Positions 1-9,544 of a stretch of 34,951 nt of DNA are shown one piece after another; position 1 is the stretch's first letter; the number at the start of each line of letters is the position of its first letter. The stretch is from a virus. Taxonomy: Duplodnaviria; Heunggongvirae; Uroviricota; Caudoviricetes. The position numbers were made by a program, and so were the translations under genes. Location: positions 1-34,951 of the IMG/VR virus record IMGVR_UViG_2740892423_000023; one strand, written 5' to 3'. The notes beneath the pieces were generated by a model, which saw only the letters and a program-made list of their open reading frames with translations, was not told where the DNA came from and did not search any database.

Positions 1-504
1 AGATGATGCCAGCAGCGCCACCTGATTTTTATCTTCGGCAACGGCTTCTGCATTCTGCTGTACGTTATCCGCCAGCGTCTCGCAGTCGCTCTTAATTTGT
101 TGCGCATCAGCGACATGTTGCCCGGCCTGTCGTTCGCTTTTCGCTGCCGCTTCCGCGCTCTGCTGCGCCTGCGCCACCATTTCCTCAAAGCGTTTCACAA
201 CATCCGGTTTTAAATCGCCTTCATCGAGGGCGGTCAGAAAGTCGTTCAGTGTGCCGGGCTTTGAGTCGTCGTAAACCGAAATGTCACCCACGCAGCACTT
301 AGGGCCGTTCTTTTGCTTGATGTGTACGGTGTATTTGCCTTTTTGTGCTTCAAAGGCATACTGTCCCGCCGCATCGGTTTCAATAACCGCAAATGATTCA
401 GTGACCACTTCACTGGTATTAACCAGTGCATCTAAATAAATTTTGCATTCCGCCATCGGAACGCCAGCGCCATTAATCAGCGCACCTGAAATTAATACAG
501 ACAT
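1..504 (-). CDS. Side-tail-fiber-like protein, N-terminal part only (continues beyond window start)
   Basis: Hand translation from ATG at 504: MSVLISGALINGAGVPMAECKIYLDALVNTSEVV...DDSKPGTLNDFL then Ala/Gln-rich coiled-coil; resembles prophage tail fibre N-terminal domain; open to position 1; not in ORF track because no stop in window. Confidence 0.55.
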   Translation of the reverse strand, partial: MSVLISGALINGAGVPMAECKIYLDALVNTSEVVTESFAVIETDAAGQYAFEAQKGKYTVHIKQKNGPKCCVGDISVYDDSKPGTLNDFLTALDEGDLKPDVVKRFEEMVAQAQQSAEAAAKSERQAGQHVADAQQIKSDCETLADNVQQNAEAVAEDKNQVALLASS

Positions 505-521
505 AAAGCCTCTGAACTGAA

Positions 522-545
522 AACGGCCGCCAGACAGCGACCGTT
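522..545 (-). terminator. Candidate weak intrinsic terminator after tail fiber assembly gene
   Basis: Minus-strand RNA AACGGUCGC-UGUCUG-GCGGCCGUU (9-bp stem with one G-U) followed by UUCAG; lies between tfa stop (552) and next start (504). Confidence 0.3.
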
Positions 546-551
546 ATTGTT

Positions 552-1076
552 TTACACGTCAGGTTTTTCCGGCCACTGAATTAAATCAAAGGAAGATTTA
601 TCGCTGACCTGACTTAAATCCAGCGCCTTTACCGCTTTGATATATGCCATCCACTGCATAAGACGGGCTTTATCATCGTCGCTGATGGTGCCCAGCTCCA
701 GCTCGGTTTTCCAGTCGGAGGTGATGTCCTTCGCTTCATTCAGCAGGCGCTGACGTTGTTTTTCTGCCAGTTGCGAATAATCAACAGGAACAGGCAGCAC
801 TTCGCCGTCTTTGTAATACCAGCTGGCTTCAATGCCAAAACCTTCCGGCAGTTCATCCACTTCCACAATGGTGAAGCCAGCCGGATAAAGACGGGACACG
901 TCTTCAGCCATCGAATAAATCACGCCGGTTTCAGGGTGAATACACAATTTGTATTTCTTCGTGAATTTATCCAGTGATTCATAAAAATCCTGTCCGTCCT
1001 CACTGCGGAAATACTGAATGTTTTCACCATAAGGCATCTCTTCCGGGTAATAACGCGTGACGTTTCTGAGTTCCAT
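552..1076 (-). CDS. Tail fiber assembly protein (Tfa/Mu U-like)
   Basis: ORF 552-1112; start refined to ATG 1076 (MELRNVTRYYPEEMPYG) preceded by AAGGAG; C-terminal DKARLMQWMAYIKAVKALDLS typical of Tfa chaperones. Confidence 0.8.
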   Translation of the reverse strand: MELRNVTRYYPEEMPYGENIQYFRSEDGQDFYESLDKFTKKYKLCIHPETGVIYSMAEDVSRLYPAGFTIVEVDELPEGFGIEASWYYKDGEVLPVPVDYSQLAEKQRQRLLNEAKDITSDWKTELELGTISDDDKARLMQWMAYIKAVKALDLSQVSDKSSFDLIQWPEKPDV

Positions 1077-1090
1077 TATTTTCTCCTTAA

Positions 1091-1894
1091 TTAGCCGGAT
1101 ACCGTGCGCCATCCGCCATTGATATAAATCTGAGTTTGTTTGTAATACACGCCGCCGATGTTATCCGCAGAGCTCCTGCCAGTTTCCTGAACGTTAATAC
1201 CTGACAAAATACAACCTGAAGGCGCGCGAAATACCCAGGAAATTTCGTTACCACCGGGATTGTGAAACACTTCGCTGGTGTATCTGAAATCACGCACAGC
1301 GCCGGAATCGGTGCTGCTGATGGTGATATCGCTGGTGCCATCAAACAGCACATTGTTAATCCTGCGGGCCGTCTGAAGCCGGGTTGCCGTTCCGGCGTTG
1401 CCACTGATGTTGTTGATAGTGATATCCGACGTCAGGGGCATATTGTTAATTTTGCGCGTTTTCGGCGCACCGCCGATGTTATCCAGAAACAATTGTTTAT
1501 TCGGGATGTCTGCGCCGTTACGGTCTTTTGCGAGTCTGGCGTTTGCGTTATCCATCGCAATTTTGACCGCTTTTGGTGTGGCTGCTTCTGTTTCTGATTC
1601 ACTGTTAACAGCGCTGTTAAGCTGTACCACGCCTTTTTGCGTCAGCGATGCATCCGGGACTTTCTGACCAATAAACGAGGTCAGCGCCTCAACCAGCTGG
1701 TTTTGTTTTTCCGGGTCAGGGGTGACGCCAGCCTCCTTAAGAACGTTAATCACCTCCTGCTGCAAATCACGCGTTGCTGCCTGATGATTATTCATAAATT
1801 CAGCAGTAACGATGGTTCCCTCAATTCCCTGAGTCGGGTCACCGTCATGAAATAACTTGTCCGGCGTATTCACCGGGGGCATTAAATTCCGCAT
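1091..1894 (-). CDS. Tail fiber protein (Mu S-like)
   Basis: 267-aa ORF directly upstream of tfa, after baseplate genes; Gly/Asn/Thr-rich C-terminal region; start overlaps upstream stop (TAATG). Confidence 0.65.
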   Translation of the reverse strand: MRNLMPPVNTPDKLFHDGDPTQGIEGTIVTAEFMNNHQAATRDLQQEVINVLKEAGVTPDPEKQNQLVEALTSFIGQKVPDASLTQKGVVQLNSAVNSESETEAATPKAVKIAMDNANARLAKDRNGADIPNKQLFLDNIGGAPKTRKINNMPLTSDITINNISGNAGTATRLQTARRINNVLFDGTSDITISSTDSGAVRDFRYTSEVFHNPGGNEISWVFRAPSGCILSGINVQETGRSSADNIGGVYYKQTQIYINGGWRTVSG

Positions 1895-2466
1895 TATTCC
1901 TCCACCTCATACGTGAAATAACAGTCTGTAAAAGCCGGTTTAAGGTCTTTAAAGGTATTTTCTAAAATGGATTCACCGAAGGCCGTCAGCGGTTCACCGG
2001 TTGCCGATGCCCCCGTTCTGAACCGGTAGAGCGGTGTTTTTGTCCCGATAACGTTGACCTGCCACGCCCAGCGGATTTCCGGTATCAGCAGACGATCGCC
2101 ACAGCGGTTTATCCCCACCCGGAACGGTCGTGGCTCCGTAATGGTGATGGTATAACCCAGACTGGCGGCAAGGCTCTTAAAGTAAGGGATTGACAGCCCG
2201 CCCGTGGCTGCCATTTTCACCAGAATGTTCTGCCTCCGCTCCTGTTGTGTTGCCCCTTCACGGGGGGCAATACCGTACACACGCTCCCAGTCGGACAGCG
2301 TCATCGATGCCTGCAACGGGGTGATTTGTGCCAGAACGCGCGCCGCTGACGCCTTCACGGCCTCCATGACGTCAGCCTCGGCGGTCAGTTCTGCGGAAAT
2401 ATATTTCCCGTTCGGGTCATAACTGACAGGTGGCAGCATGGCGCGAAATAAATCGACCATATTCAT
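1894..2466 (-). CDS. Tail protein, Mu gp48-like (DUF2313-like)
   Basis: ORF 1894-2502; start refined to ATG 2466 (MNMVDLFRAMLPP) with GAGGGG RBS, 2 nt after upstream stop; position after baseplate J. Confidence 0.65.
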   Translation of the reverse strand: MNMVDLFRAMLPPVSYDPNGKYISAELTAEADVMEAVKASAARVLAQITPLQASMTLSDWERVYGIAPREGATQQERRQNILVKMAATGGLSIPYFKSLAASLGYTITITEPRPFRVGINRCGDRLLIPEIRWAWQVNVIGTKTPLYRFRTGASATGEPLTAFGESILENTFKDLKPAFTDCYFTYEVEE

Positions 2467-2470
2467 AAAA

Positions 2471-3550
2471 TCACCCCTCACGTGGAAAAGGCTGAATATC
2501 AATATTTCCGGGGCGCAGCCATTCCCACGTTGACGCGTTAATAATGGCTTTTACGTTGCCTGCTGGCGTAATGATTCGCCGGTCACTGATACCGGAAATT
2601 AATGAAATCTGGGTTTCCAGTTGTGAAATAATTAATTCCTGCCCCGGCTCCAGCCGGTTCATAAAATCCGTGATAACGTCAGTTATCTGCGGTTTTATCT
2701 GTTCAACGGTCAGGCCGCTGGTTTTTACCCGGACAACGAAATCAACGGCTTTTTTCGTCGGGGCCAGCACCATCGTGTCCTTCGCTGTCACCGGGCGGAC
2801 TTCCTCAATATGAGCCAGCACGGCATTAATCAGTTCCTGCGAGGGAAGGTCATTGGCTGACGTAATGGCCACATCAACCGTCCCCAGTCCACGACGCAAT
2901 GGCTCCACATATGCCGAGGTAACACCATCCACTTCCAGCGCCCAGCGTTTGTAATCATATTTGTTACCGCCAGCGGGCGGCCTGCGCAGAATATCCAGAT
3001 AACGCGCCAGCAGGTCGGCGTCGCTTTCCCTGTCCGTTCCGCCGGTCAGGGATTTAATCGTCACCGTGCTGTTGATGCCTTCCGGCGGACTGACGAGCGT
3101 TGCCGTCTGCGTCGCGGATGCATTCGTCTGTGCACCCTTGGTGGTGCTTTTTACCGTCACCTCCGCGCTGCCTTCATCACCGATGGTGCAGTCTGCGGTG
3201 GTGGCCACGCTGACACCTTCACCACGAATTTCCGCACCGGCTGGCAGCGTCTTACCGGGTGTGCCGGTAATCACTGCCGGACCGGATGAGGCTGTTGCTT
3301 TTTTACGAAAAACATTGCGCGTGCGGCAGTGCAGCTCCAGATATTCAGGGTCTGCCGTGTCAGGAAACACCTGACGGAGGATCCACCCCTGATGCATATA
3401 AAGCCCGTCCGCCACGCCGGATACGGCATTTGCACGAATGCGGTAATCGCTGTCAGCGCCGGTATCTATGGTTTCTCCCGGCAGGGCGTTAGCGATATCA
3501 CGTAGCTGGCGTTCTGTGTTTTCAGCAACGCCCGGAACAGGAAACGGCAT
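2471..3550 (-). CDS. Baseplate J-like protein (Mu gp47-like)
   Basis: 359-aa ORF; position and size match Baseplate_J family; overlaps neighbours by start/stop coupling. Confidence 0.75.
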   Translation of the reverse strand: MPFPVPGVAENTERQLRDIANALPGETIDTGADSDYRIRANAVSGVADGLYMHQGWILRQVFPDTADPEYLELHCRTRNVFRKKATASSGPAVITGTPGKTLPAGAEIRGEGVSVATTADCTIGDEGSAEVTVKSTTKGAQTNASATQTATLVSPPEGINSTVTIKSLTGGTDRESDADLLARYLDILRRPPAGGNKYDYKRWALEVDGVTSAYVEPLRRGLGTVDVAITSANDLPSQELINAVLAHIEEVRPVTAKDTMVLAPTKKAVDFVVRVKTSGLTVEQIKPQITDVITDFMNRLEPGQELIISQLETQISLISGISDRRIITPAGNVKAIINASTWEWLRPGNIDIQPFPREG

Positions 3551-3900
3551 TACATAATCCTCACAGGGTGTTCAAACGTCTGCGGTGTGCCCGCGTTATC
3601 CGTGACGGTGATTAACAGCAACAGCCAGCCGCGCTGGCCCACTTTCGTGTCAACGGTAATGGCTGTCGCCCGCCCGTCATCAAGCAGGGGCTGAAGTGCC
3701 TGGCTGGCATACTGCGCCGCCAGCCTGTGGACACGGGAAACGTCTTTTTCCCGCTTCAGCTCGTGCAGGCGTGACCCCAGCGACGCATCCGCCCAGTAAC
3801 TGCCAAGCGGTGTCGCCAGTCGCAGATAAACCGCGTTATGGAGTGTATAAATCCGGCGGCGTTCGTAGTCGCCGGTTGCAGGTGAAATCGTCTGGTCCAT
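3550..3900 (-). CDS. Baseplate protein, phage GP46 family (Mu gp46-like)
   Basis: 116-aa ORF MDQTISPATGDYERRRIYTLHNAVYLR between spike and J genes. Confidence 0.7.
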   Translation of the reverse strand: MDQTISPATGDYERRRIYTLHNAVYLRLATPLGSYWADASLGSRLHELKREKDVSRVHRLAAQYASQALQPLLDDGRATAITVDTKVGQRGWLLLLITVTDNAGTPQTFEHPVRIM

Positions 3901-3953
3901 GCCGCCAGTCTGGCAGCATGGACAGGTCAGAATCAGGTGAGGGTGTTCAGCAC

Positions 3954-4607
3954 TTAATTATGCGGCAGGCCAGATATGCCGTGAGGGGTATCGTGTTTAT
4001 GCGTTCCGATTTTAACGCCATTAATGGTGACGTCAACGGAGGTAATCACACCTCCCACATGGTTGATATTGCCTTCAAAGGTGGCGGCGTATTCCTTGCC
4101 TCCACGGATGGCCATGCCACCGTTGCCGGTGATTTTACCTTCCACCGTCAGCTTATCGCTGGCCGTCAGTAACGGTGTCGTGAATGCGGCGTTCTCCTCT
4201 GCCTCAACCTCATAGCGTTTGCATTTCACCCGGTAAACGTCACATTCGGTTTCAACAATCCGCCCGCGCTTCAGTACGATTTTCGCGCCTTCGTCGGTAT
4301 ACAGGGCCACCTCGCCGGGTTTCAGTTCCGTCAGGCGATATGCGCCGTGCTCTGTGGCCACGACGACGGTATGGGAGGTATTACCATTCAGCGGAACGGC
4401 AATACCCATCGAGCCGGGCGGCGGGGATGTGGTGAGGCCGTAATGCTGAAAATACTCCGCACCGTCCAGCTGTTCGCCTGCCAGCCCGTTCAGCTGAAGT
4501 AGCTGTACTTTGGTCGAACTGTCCACCGTACCGGTCACCACCCTGAATGCCTGGCGAACGGCGGCCAGTGCCTGCTGTATGCGCTGATTAACCTTGTCCC
4601 ACATCAT
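3954..4607 (-). CDS. Baseplate spike/assembly protein V-like (Mu gp45-like)
   Basis: 217-aa ORF; gpV-like pattern with C-terminal THKHDTPHGISGLP; ATGA overlap with upstream gene. Confidence 0.75.
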   Translation of the reverse strand: MMWDKVNQRIQQALAAVRQAFRVVTGTVDSSTKVQLLQLNGLAGEQLDGAEYFQHYGLTTSPPPGSMGIAVPLNGNTSHTVVVATEHGAYRLTELKPGEVALYTDEGAKIVLKRGRIVETECDVYRVKCKRYEVEAEENAAFTTPLLTASDKLTVEGKITGNGGMAIRGGKEYAATFEGNINHVGGVITSVDVTINGVKIGTHKHDTPHGISGLPHN

Positions 4608-5815
4608 TTCTCCCAGACCTTAACAATGGCGACCTCTTTTTTCTTTTTGCCCCTGCGGTGATGGCGTTTCTTCTCGCGCGGGAAGGCATCTGGTATCCAC
4701 ACGCCATCCTCCTTAAAGCGGAGCCGGGTTGTCTGCCCGCTCCGGCCTCCGCTGAACTCACGCCCCATCAGGAAAAAGATGGCATCAATGCCGTGGGGTT
4801 CGCTGACAATTCGCACACGCTGGCCGGGCTGCCACAGGACACCGTCCGTCGTGCGATGACCTGCAACCAGTGCGACGATATTCAGCCCCGACAGGCGGGC
4901 ATCACTCATCATTTTTTTGGCGCGCCAGTTCACCTGCTCCATGTTACTGGTGTCGCCCTGGGTGATTATCTGCGGGCGGTAATAATCCACGGCGGGGTCG
5001 GTGGCCACGGCTTTCATGTTATGAATGCCTGTCTGACCATTGTCCGTATTACCGCTGTCCTGCCCGGATAATGTGCGCACGCTGCCGTCCTTGTTCCAGA
5101 TATCCAGCGGCACCACGGCCAGTTGTTTCTTGCTGTCTGCGCGGCGGGCGTGGCTCTGGGCCAGCACCGTCAGCTCGGAGAAACAGCCGTTAATGGACCG
5201 GGTATCGTCCAGCTCCATCACGTTGTTCCCGGTGCCGTCCAGCTTCATAATCAGCGTGTCCACCGGCGTGGTGGTGTAGTCAGGGCCACCCACAACCAGC
5301 GTCCCGTCAGGCTCAAACCACGGCCATAAGCCGCGACCGGCGGCAGCTTTAGCCAGTGCATCCCACGCACGCATCCCCGGCTCTATAACGACCTTGTCAT
5401 TACGTGACACACCGGACGCCTGAATACGGATGCGCTGTATCCCCAGCGGTCTGACTATCCTGTCGATGACCTCGTCCAGTGTCAGCTGGTTGGCGCTGAA
5501 CACCGGTGCGGCACAGTCCACCAGGATGGCGGCATCATCACGCCCGGACAGGGTCAGCGTGCAGCTCTGACGGGATACACTGCGGCGCACGCTGTCCACG
5601 CGACCACTGAGGACCGTCTCGTCTCCCACCTGCAAACGGACCGGCGCACCCCGGACGATATCCGCCGGGAACACCTTTTCAGGCAGTCCCAGCTGAAGCT
5701 GCCACCCGTCGGCGGCTTTCAGGAAATCGCTGTCAATACGATAACTGCTCCAGTCAGAATGCGACCTTCCGGCAATGACCAGGCTGATTTTGTCGTCGTT
5801 ATTTTGCATAGGCAT
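4604..5815 (-). CDS. Baseplate hub / late control D-like tail protein (Mu gp44-like)
   Basis: 403-aa ORF between DNA-circulation protein and spike gene; size and position typical. Confidence 0.75.
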   Translation of the reverse strand: MPMQNNDDKISLVIAGRSHSDWSSYRIDSDFLKAADGWQLQLGLPEKVFPADIVRGAPVRLQVGDETVLSGRVDSVRRSVSRQSCTLTLSGRDDAAILVDCAAPVFSANQLTLDEVIDRIVRPLGIQRIRIQASGVSRNDKVVIEPGMRAWDALAKAAAGRGLWPWFEPDGTLVVGGPDYTTTPVDTLIMKLDGTGNNVMELDDTRSINGCFSELTVLAQSHARRADSKKQLAVVPLDIWNKDGSVRTLSGQDSGNTDNGQTGIHNMKAVATDPAVDYYRPQIITQGDTSNMEQVNWRAKKMMSDARLSGLNIVALVAGHRTTDGVLWQPGQRVRIVSEPHGIDAIFFLMGREFSGGRSGQTTRLRFKEDGVWIPDAFPREKKRHHRRGKKKKEVAIVKVWEK

Positions 5816-7148
5816 TAATCACCATCCCGGCGGTTATGTTGTTCGGGTCACGCAGCTGCGGGTTCAGACGTTGCAGCTCTGCCGCACGGCTGTAATCACC
5901 GTACCACTGCCACGCCAGCAACAGCAGACAGCTGTCCGCCTGCACCTGTTTCTGCGTCAGCGGTGGGCGGCGTGACAGAACCAGCAGGCCGACATCCTGC
6001 ACGGATGCCGCCACGTTCTTCATGCTCTGAATGATTTCCGGGTACATCAGCCCCAGTGGTGATGCGGTTTCGGTTATCCATTCGCGTTCGCCTTCATAGC
6101 GTTCACGGAACAGCGTGATGGCTGCCTGTAAGCGGGTGCGCACATCCCCGACCAGTCGCCCGATATCCGCCGGTATAAGCTGCTCTGACTGGGCCTCATC
6201 TGACAGTATCGCCGTCGCCACGCTGGCCAGCTCTGAGGCCGCCAGAACCGCATAAGCCGCTTTCACGTCCTGCACGTCTTCCACGGACGCATCCGGCGGA
6301 AGTGCCACAGACGGCGTTTTATCACCGCTGACCAGCGCGACCGGCAGCGCGACCAGCTCATCCATATCTGCCATCACCTCATTCCAGCAGGTCATCACGG
6401 TCGCAGAACTGGCGACGCTGTCTTCTCCGGTCAGCCCGGTCGTGGTGGCGGAATCAGAACGCTCCAGCACCGGCACCGCGTGCCCGACATCTGACGTGTG
6501 GATTTCCAGCACCTCTGCCAGCCCACCGATGAACTTTCCGGGTTCGCTGGCCAGCGACATCATATTGTCGATGGATGAGAGAAAATCGCTTTTGAACGTC
6601 AGCAGGGTATTTACCAGTGTGGCGCGCACTGTCTGGATTTTTTTAATCACGCTGTTAATGGTCTTTAAAGGGGCTGTAACAGCGTCAAATAATTCGCTTA
6701 ACTGTGCCAGTAACTTATCCAGTTCTTCAAATAACTTCTGTGCAAACAACTCCGGTAACGGGGTGCTGAACAACGCGCTGCCGGTGCGGTTCTCCAGAAA
6801 GCTCATGTCGATGGTGCAGCTGTCCGGGCTTTCTGCGTCATGGCGAATGCTGTAGCCGGTCACAATCACCGACGGAACGGAGCCGTAAACCGGGTGAATC
6901 AGCTCACCATCGCCGCCTTTATCCAGGGCGGCGATCAGCTTTTCAAGTTTATATTCGTAATACTCCCCCCACAGGAACGCCGTCATGCGGAACGGTCGCG
7001 CCTTGCGTCCGAGGTCGTGCAAATCTGCCCCGTCAACAAACGGGTATTCATAGACCGCATGGTCGCGGCTGATTTGTTCATCCGTGTTCAGTACATCAAA
7101 CTGCACGCCACGAAAGGAGGCGTTTTGCAGGTTTTCAGCCCAGCCCAT
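5799..7148 (-). CDS. DNA circulation protein (Mu N-like), C-terminal LysM-like region
   Basis: 449-aa ORF MGWAENLQNASFRGVQFDV; start shares one nt with tape measure stop (TGATG). Confidence 0.75.
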   Translation of the reverse strand: MGWAENLQNASFRGVQFDVLNTDEQISRDHAVYEYPFVDGADLHDLGRKARPFRMTAFLWGEYYEYKLEKLIAALDKGGDGELIHPVYGSVPSVIVTGYSIRHDAESPDSCTIDMSFLENRTGSALFSTPLPELFAQKLFEELDKLLAQLSELFDAVTAPLKTINSVIKKIQTVRATLVNTLLTFKSDFLSSIDNMMSLASEPGKFIGGLAEVLEIHTSDVGHAVPVLERSDSATTTGLTGEDSVASSATVMTCWNEVMADMDELVALPVALVSGDKTPSVALPPDASVEDVQDVKAAYAVLAASELASVATAILSDEAQSEQLIPADIGRLVGDVRTRLQAAITLFRERYEGEREWITETASPLGLMYPEIIQSMKNVAASVQDVGLLVLSRRPPLTQKQVQADSCLLLLAWQWYGDYSRAAELQRLNPQLRDPNNITAGMVINAYAK

Positions 7149-9382
7149 CAGTAAGTGCCTCCCGTGCCTCTGTTACCGTCCTGAAGGTTGTATTTATTCA
7201 CCGCCTCTGCGATAACCTGCCCGTCGAGCACCACCTGAGTGGTGACGTTAACCGGGGGCGCTGGCGGCTGTCCGCCATTCTGAACGCCGGGCTGACCACC
7301 ACGTTTACCGGATGCATTAATGGTATCAGCCGCGGTCATCCCGGCTTGCTGTCGGACTTGTTCTGGTGTCGGCAGAGAATCACCGGCGATAACCCCGGTT
7401 TTTTTCAGTTCGTCAAGATACTGCTGGATCCATTTCTCGTTTTCTGTTGAGTAACCTTCGCCAAACTGCCACCACGGCTGATATTTTTCACGGGCAGCAT
7501 CAATCAGCCACTGAGGATATTTAGCCCGTATATTTTTCCAGCGCTCCTCGCTTCCTTCGACGGCGGCGTCTTCTTCCGGGCTGGTTGCGGTAGCCAGTGC
7601 CGTAACGGTGCCACCGAAAGAAAGCAGGCCACCGGCAATGCCGGGAAGTTTTAACCCTTTGCCTTTCTTAATTGTGGTTTCAAGCACATCACCAACAACG
7701 TCGCCAATCTTGCCACCGGATTTTCCCCCGGTCAGGATTTTGACCCCGGCCCATGTCAGGGCCGCTGCGGTCATCGCTTCAATGGCGGTCGTGGCTGCCA
7801 CCACTGCCGTGGTCAGTCCCGGAAACTTTTCACCCGCCCAGCTTATGGCATCAGCCACAGCACCGGACGCATCAGCCAGCTTTTTCACGCTGTCCATTTG
7901 TGAAAATTCAAGCGTGTTTTTAGCCTGTTCGGTTTTAAAATCATTCGTGCCTGACGTGAATTCGAAATCCACATCACCAGTTCGTTGACCTTCAGGAAGT
8001 GACCGTTGTTTTTCAATTTCAGCTTCAACCTTTTTGCGAAACTCAGGATTCTGGCGGTAGGCCAGAGCGCCCAGTAGCGCCTGACGGTCCTGAAGGATCT
8101 CACCAACCCCAAACCCTTCAAGAATAGTGGCCATAGAGTCCAGAATTTCAGCCTGTTCTTTTTTATCCTTTGATGCAGCCAGTTTTTTTTGAAGTTCCTG
8201 ATAGGCCGGATTGTTTTTTACAACAGCATCAAGAACCCGGTTAAACGCCTCAATCGGATCAATGCCTCGCTCACGGGCCATGGTCATTGTTCCTGGTAAA
8301 TCAATATACTTACCGTTGGCCATTTTTATATTTGCAGCAGCATCTGCGGCCTGCTTACTGTTAATTTTATCCAGAAAATTTAGCGTGTTATTGGCTGCCT
8401 CTTTACCATTTCCGGCTGTGATACCCGCAGCTTCATTTGCTGTCAGTATCTTCTGAAAACCATCCAGACCCCACATCCCTGTTTTTTGCGCAATCCCGAG
8501 TTGCCCGGGAAGGGCTTCTGCCATGTCCTTCAGTTCAACCCGACCTTCTTTACCGGCTGCAATCGCCATATTCAGCGCAACGGGAATATCTTTATCACTG
8601 ACGTTAAAAGTATCTCTGAGGGATACTGCAATTGTCGCCAGCTCTTTTGGTAATGCACCTGATGCTGTGGCATATTTCATAATCTGCGGAAGCCATTTAT
8701 CCGCAGTGTCATAATCAACCCCTGCTGCCAACAATTCATTCATTGTGTCAGCAGCATCCTCTTTTGAGCCTCCGCCGTACATCACGGCATTTTTAATACT
8801 GCTTTTCAGTTTTTCTTTCCCGGCCTGTCGACCTGCCAGACCACCATCACTGAAGGCAGTATTGGCCATTTCACTCAATCGACGATCAAAGCTCATCTGC
8901 TTTTTGACCGGCTGTGTCATAATGGCAGTACCTGCTGCGATGCCACCACCAATCGTCAGGACGTTGCCGCCAATATTGGCCGCCTTTGCCAGCGTGCCGA
9001 CACCACGCATTTCCCGCTTCAGTTCCCGGATTTGCTCTTTCGTGGCACGCCATGCCCGCGCCTGTTCGCGGGCAGACATGACGCCACTACGGGCAAGGCG
9101 GTTATAACTGGCTTCAGTAAGGGCGATTTCCCGGCGGATTTCATGCTCCGAACGGATGCCAAGCGTTTCCCGGGCACGGGCTGCACGCTGTAATTCGGTG
9201 ACAACCCTTTTTGTGCTGTTGATGCTCTCATCATCGGTGCGTTTCTGCTCCTGACCTGCCTTTTTGGTTGCTTTTTCCACTCCTTCAGTGGCTTTTACAA
9301 CCTTCTTTTTTCCCTTTTCCAGAACCTGCGAGGCTTCGTCCTTCGCAGTCAGGGTCATGCCAACTTTGAAATTACCGGCCAT
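7148..9382 (-). CDS. Tail tape measure protein
   Basis: 744-aa ORF, Ala/Gly/Lys-rich with coiled-coil character, immediately downstream of tail chaperone. Confidence 0.85.
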   Translation of the reverse strand: MAGNFKVGMTLTAKDEASQVLEKGKKKVVKATEGVEKATKKAGQEQKRTDDESINSTKRVVTELQRAARARETLGIRSEHEIRREIALTEASYNRLARSGVMSAREQARAWRATKEQIRELKREMRGVGTLAKAANIGGNVLTIGGGIAAGTAIMTQPVKKQMSFDRRLSEMANTAFSDGGLAGRQAGKEKLKSSIKNAVMYGGGSKEDAADTMNELLAAGVDYDTADKWLPQIMKYATASGALPKELATIAVSLRDTFNVSDKDIPVALNMAIAAGKEGRVELKDMAEALPGQLGIAQKTGMWGLDGFQKILTANEAAGITAGNGKEAANNTLNFLDKINSKQAADAAANIKMANGKYIDLPGTMTMARERGIDPIEAFNRVLDAVVKNNPAYQELQKKLAASKDKKEQAEILDSMATILEGFGVGEILQDRQALLGALAYRQNPEFRKKVEAEIEKQRSLPEGQRTGDVDFEFTSGTNDFKTEQAKNTLEFSQMDSVKKLADASGAVADAISWAGEKFPGLTTAVVAATTAIEAMTAAALTWAGVKILTGGKSGGKIGDVVGDVLETTIKKGKGLKLPGIAGGLLSFGGTVTALATATSPEEDAAVEGSEERWKNIRAKYPQWLIDAAREKYQPWWQFGEGYSTENEKWIQQYLDELKKTGVIAGDSLPTPEQVRQQAGMTAADTINASGKRGGQPGVQNGGQPPAPPVNVTTQVVLDGQVIAEAVNKYNLQDGNRGTGGTY

Positions 9383-9530
9383 TTTTCTGCTTACCTTTTC
9401 TGCGTTTCTTTCTGAGGGATTTAAATGACTGGCGGGTGGTCTGCGAGGTGCCCTTCCTTCCTGAGCCGCCGCCGTTCAGCCTGTCAACGGCGGCAAGCCA
9501 GCCGTCCAGCTCGGGACGGCTCATGGTCAT
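9372..9530 (-). CDS. Small ORF in -1 frame between chaperone and tape measure (candidate frameshift extension or independent small gene)
   Basis: Hand translation MTMSRPELDGWLAAVDRLNGGGSGRKG...; the -1 frame relative to gp41 is open from 9629 to 9372; weak AAGAG before ATG 9530. Confidence 0.35.
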   Translation of the reverse strand: MTMSRPELDGWLAAVDRLNGGGSGRKGTSQTTRQSFKSLRKKRRKGKQKNGR

Positions 9531-9544
9531 GATTTGCTCTTCGG

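Noticed and set aside
552-1894. Mu G-segment-like invertible fiber cassette with gin invertase
   Set aside because: No inverted repeats flank the S/tfa pair and no recombinase ORF is present; the next gene is co-directional. The invertase could still lie outside the window.
6761-6774. Plus-strand near-copy (13 of 14) of the late-motif core, GGGTGCTGAACAAC
   Set aside because: It is on the opposite strand, inside the DNA-circulation protein coding sequence, and lacks the CAGTACCC half; most likely coincidental.
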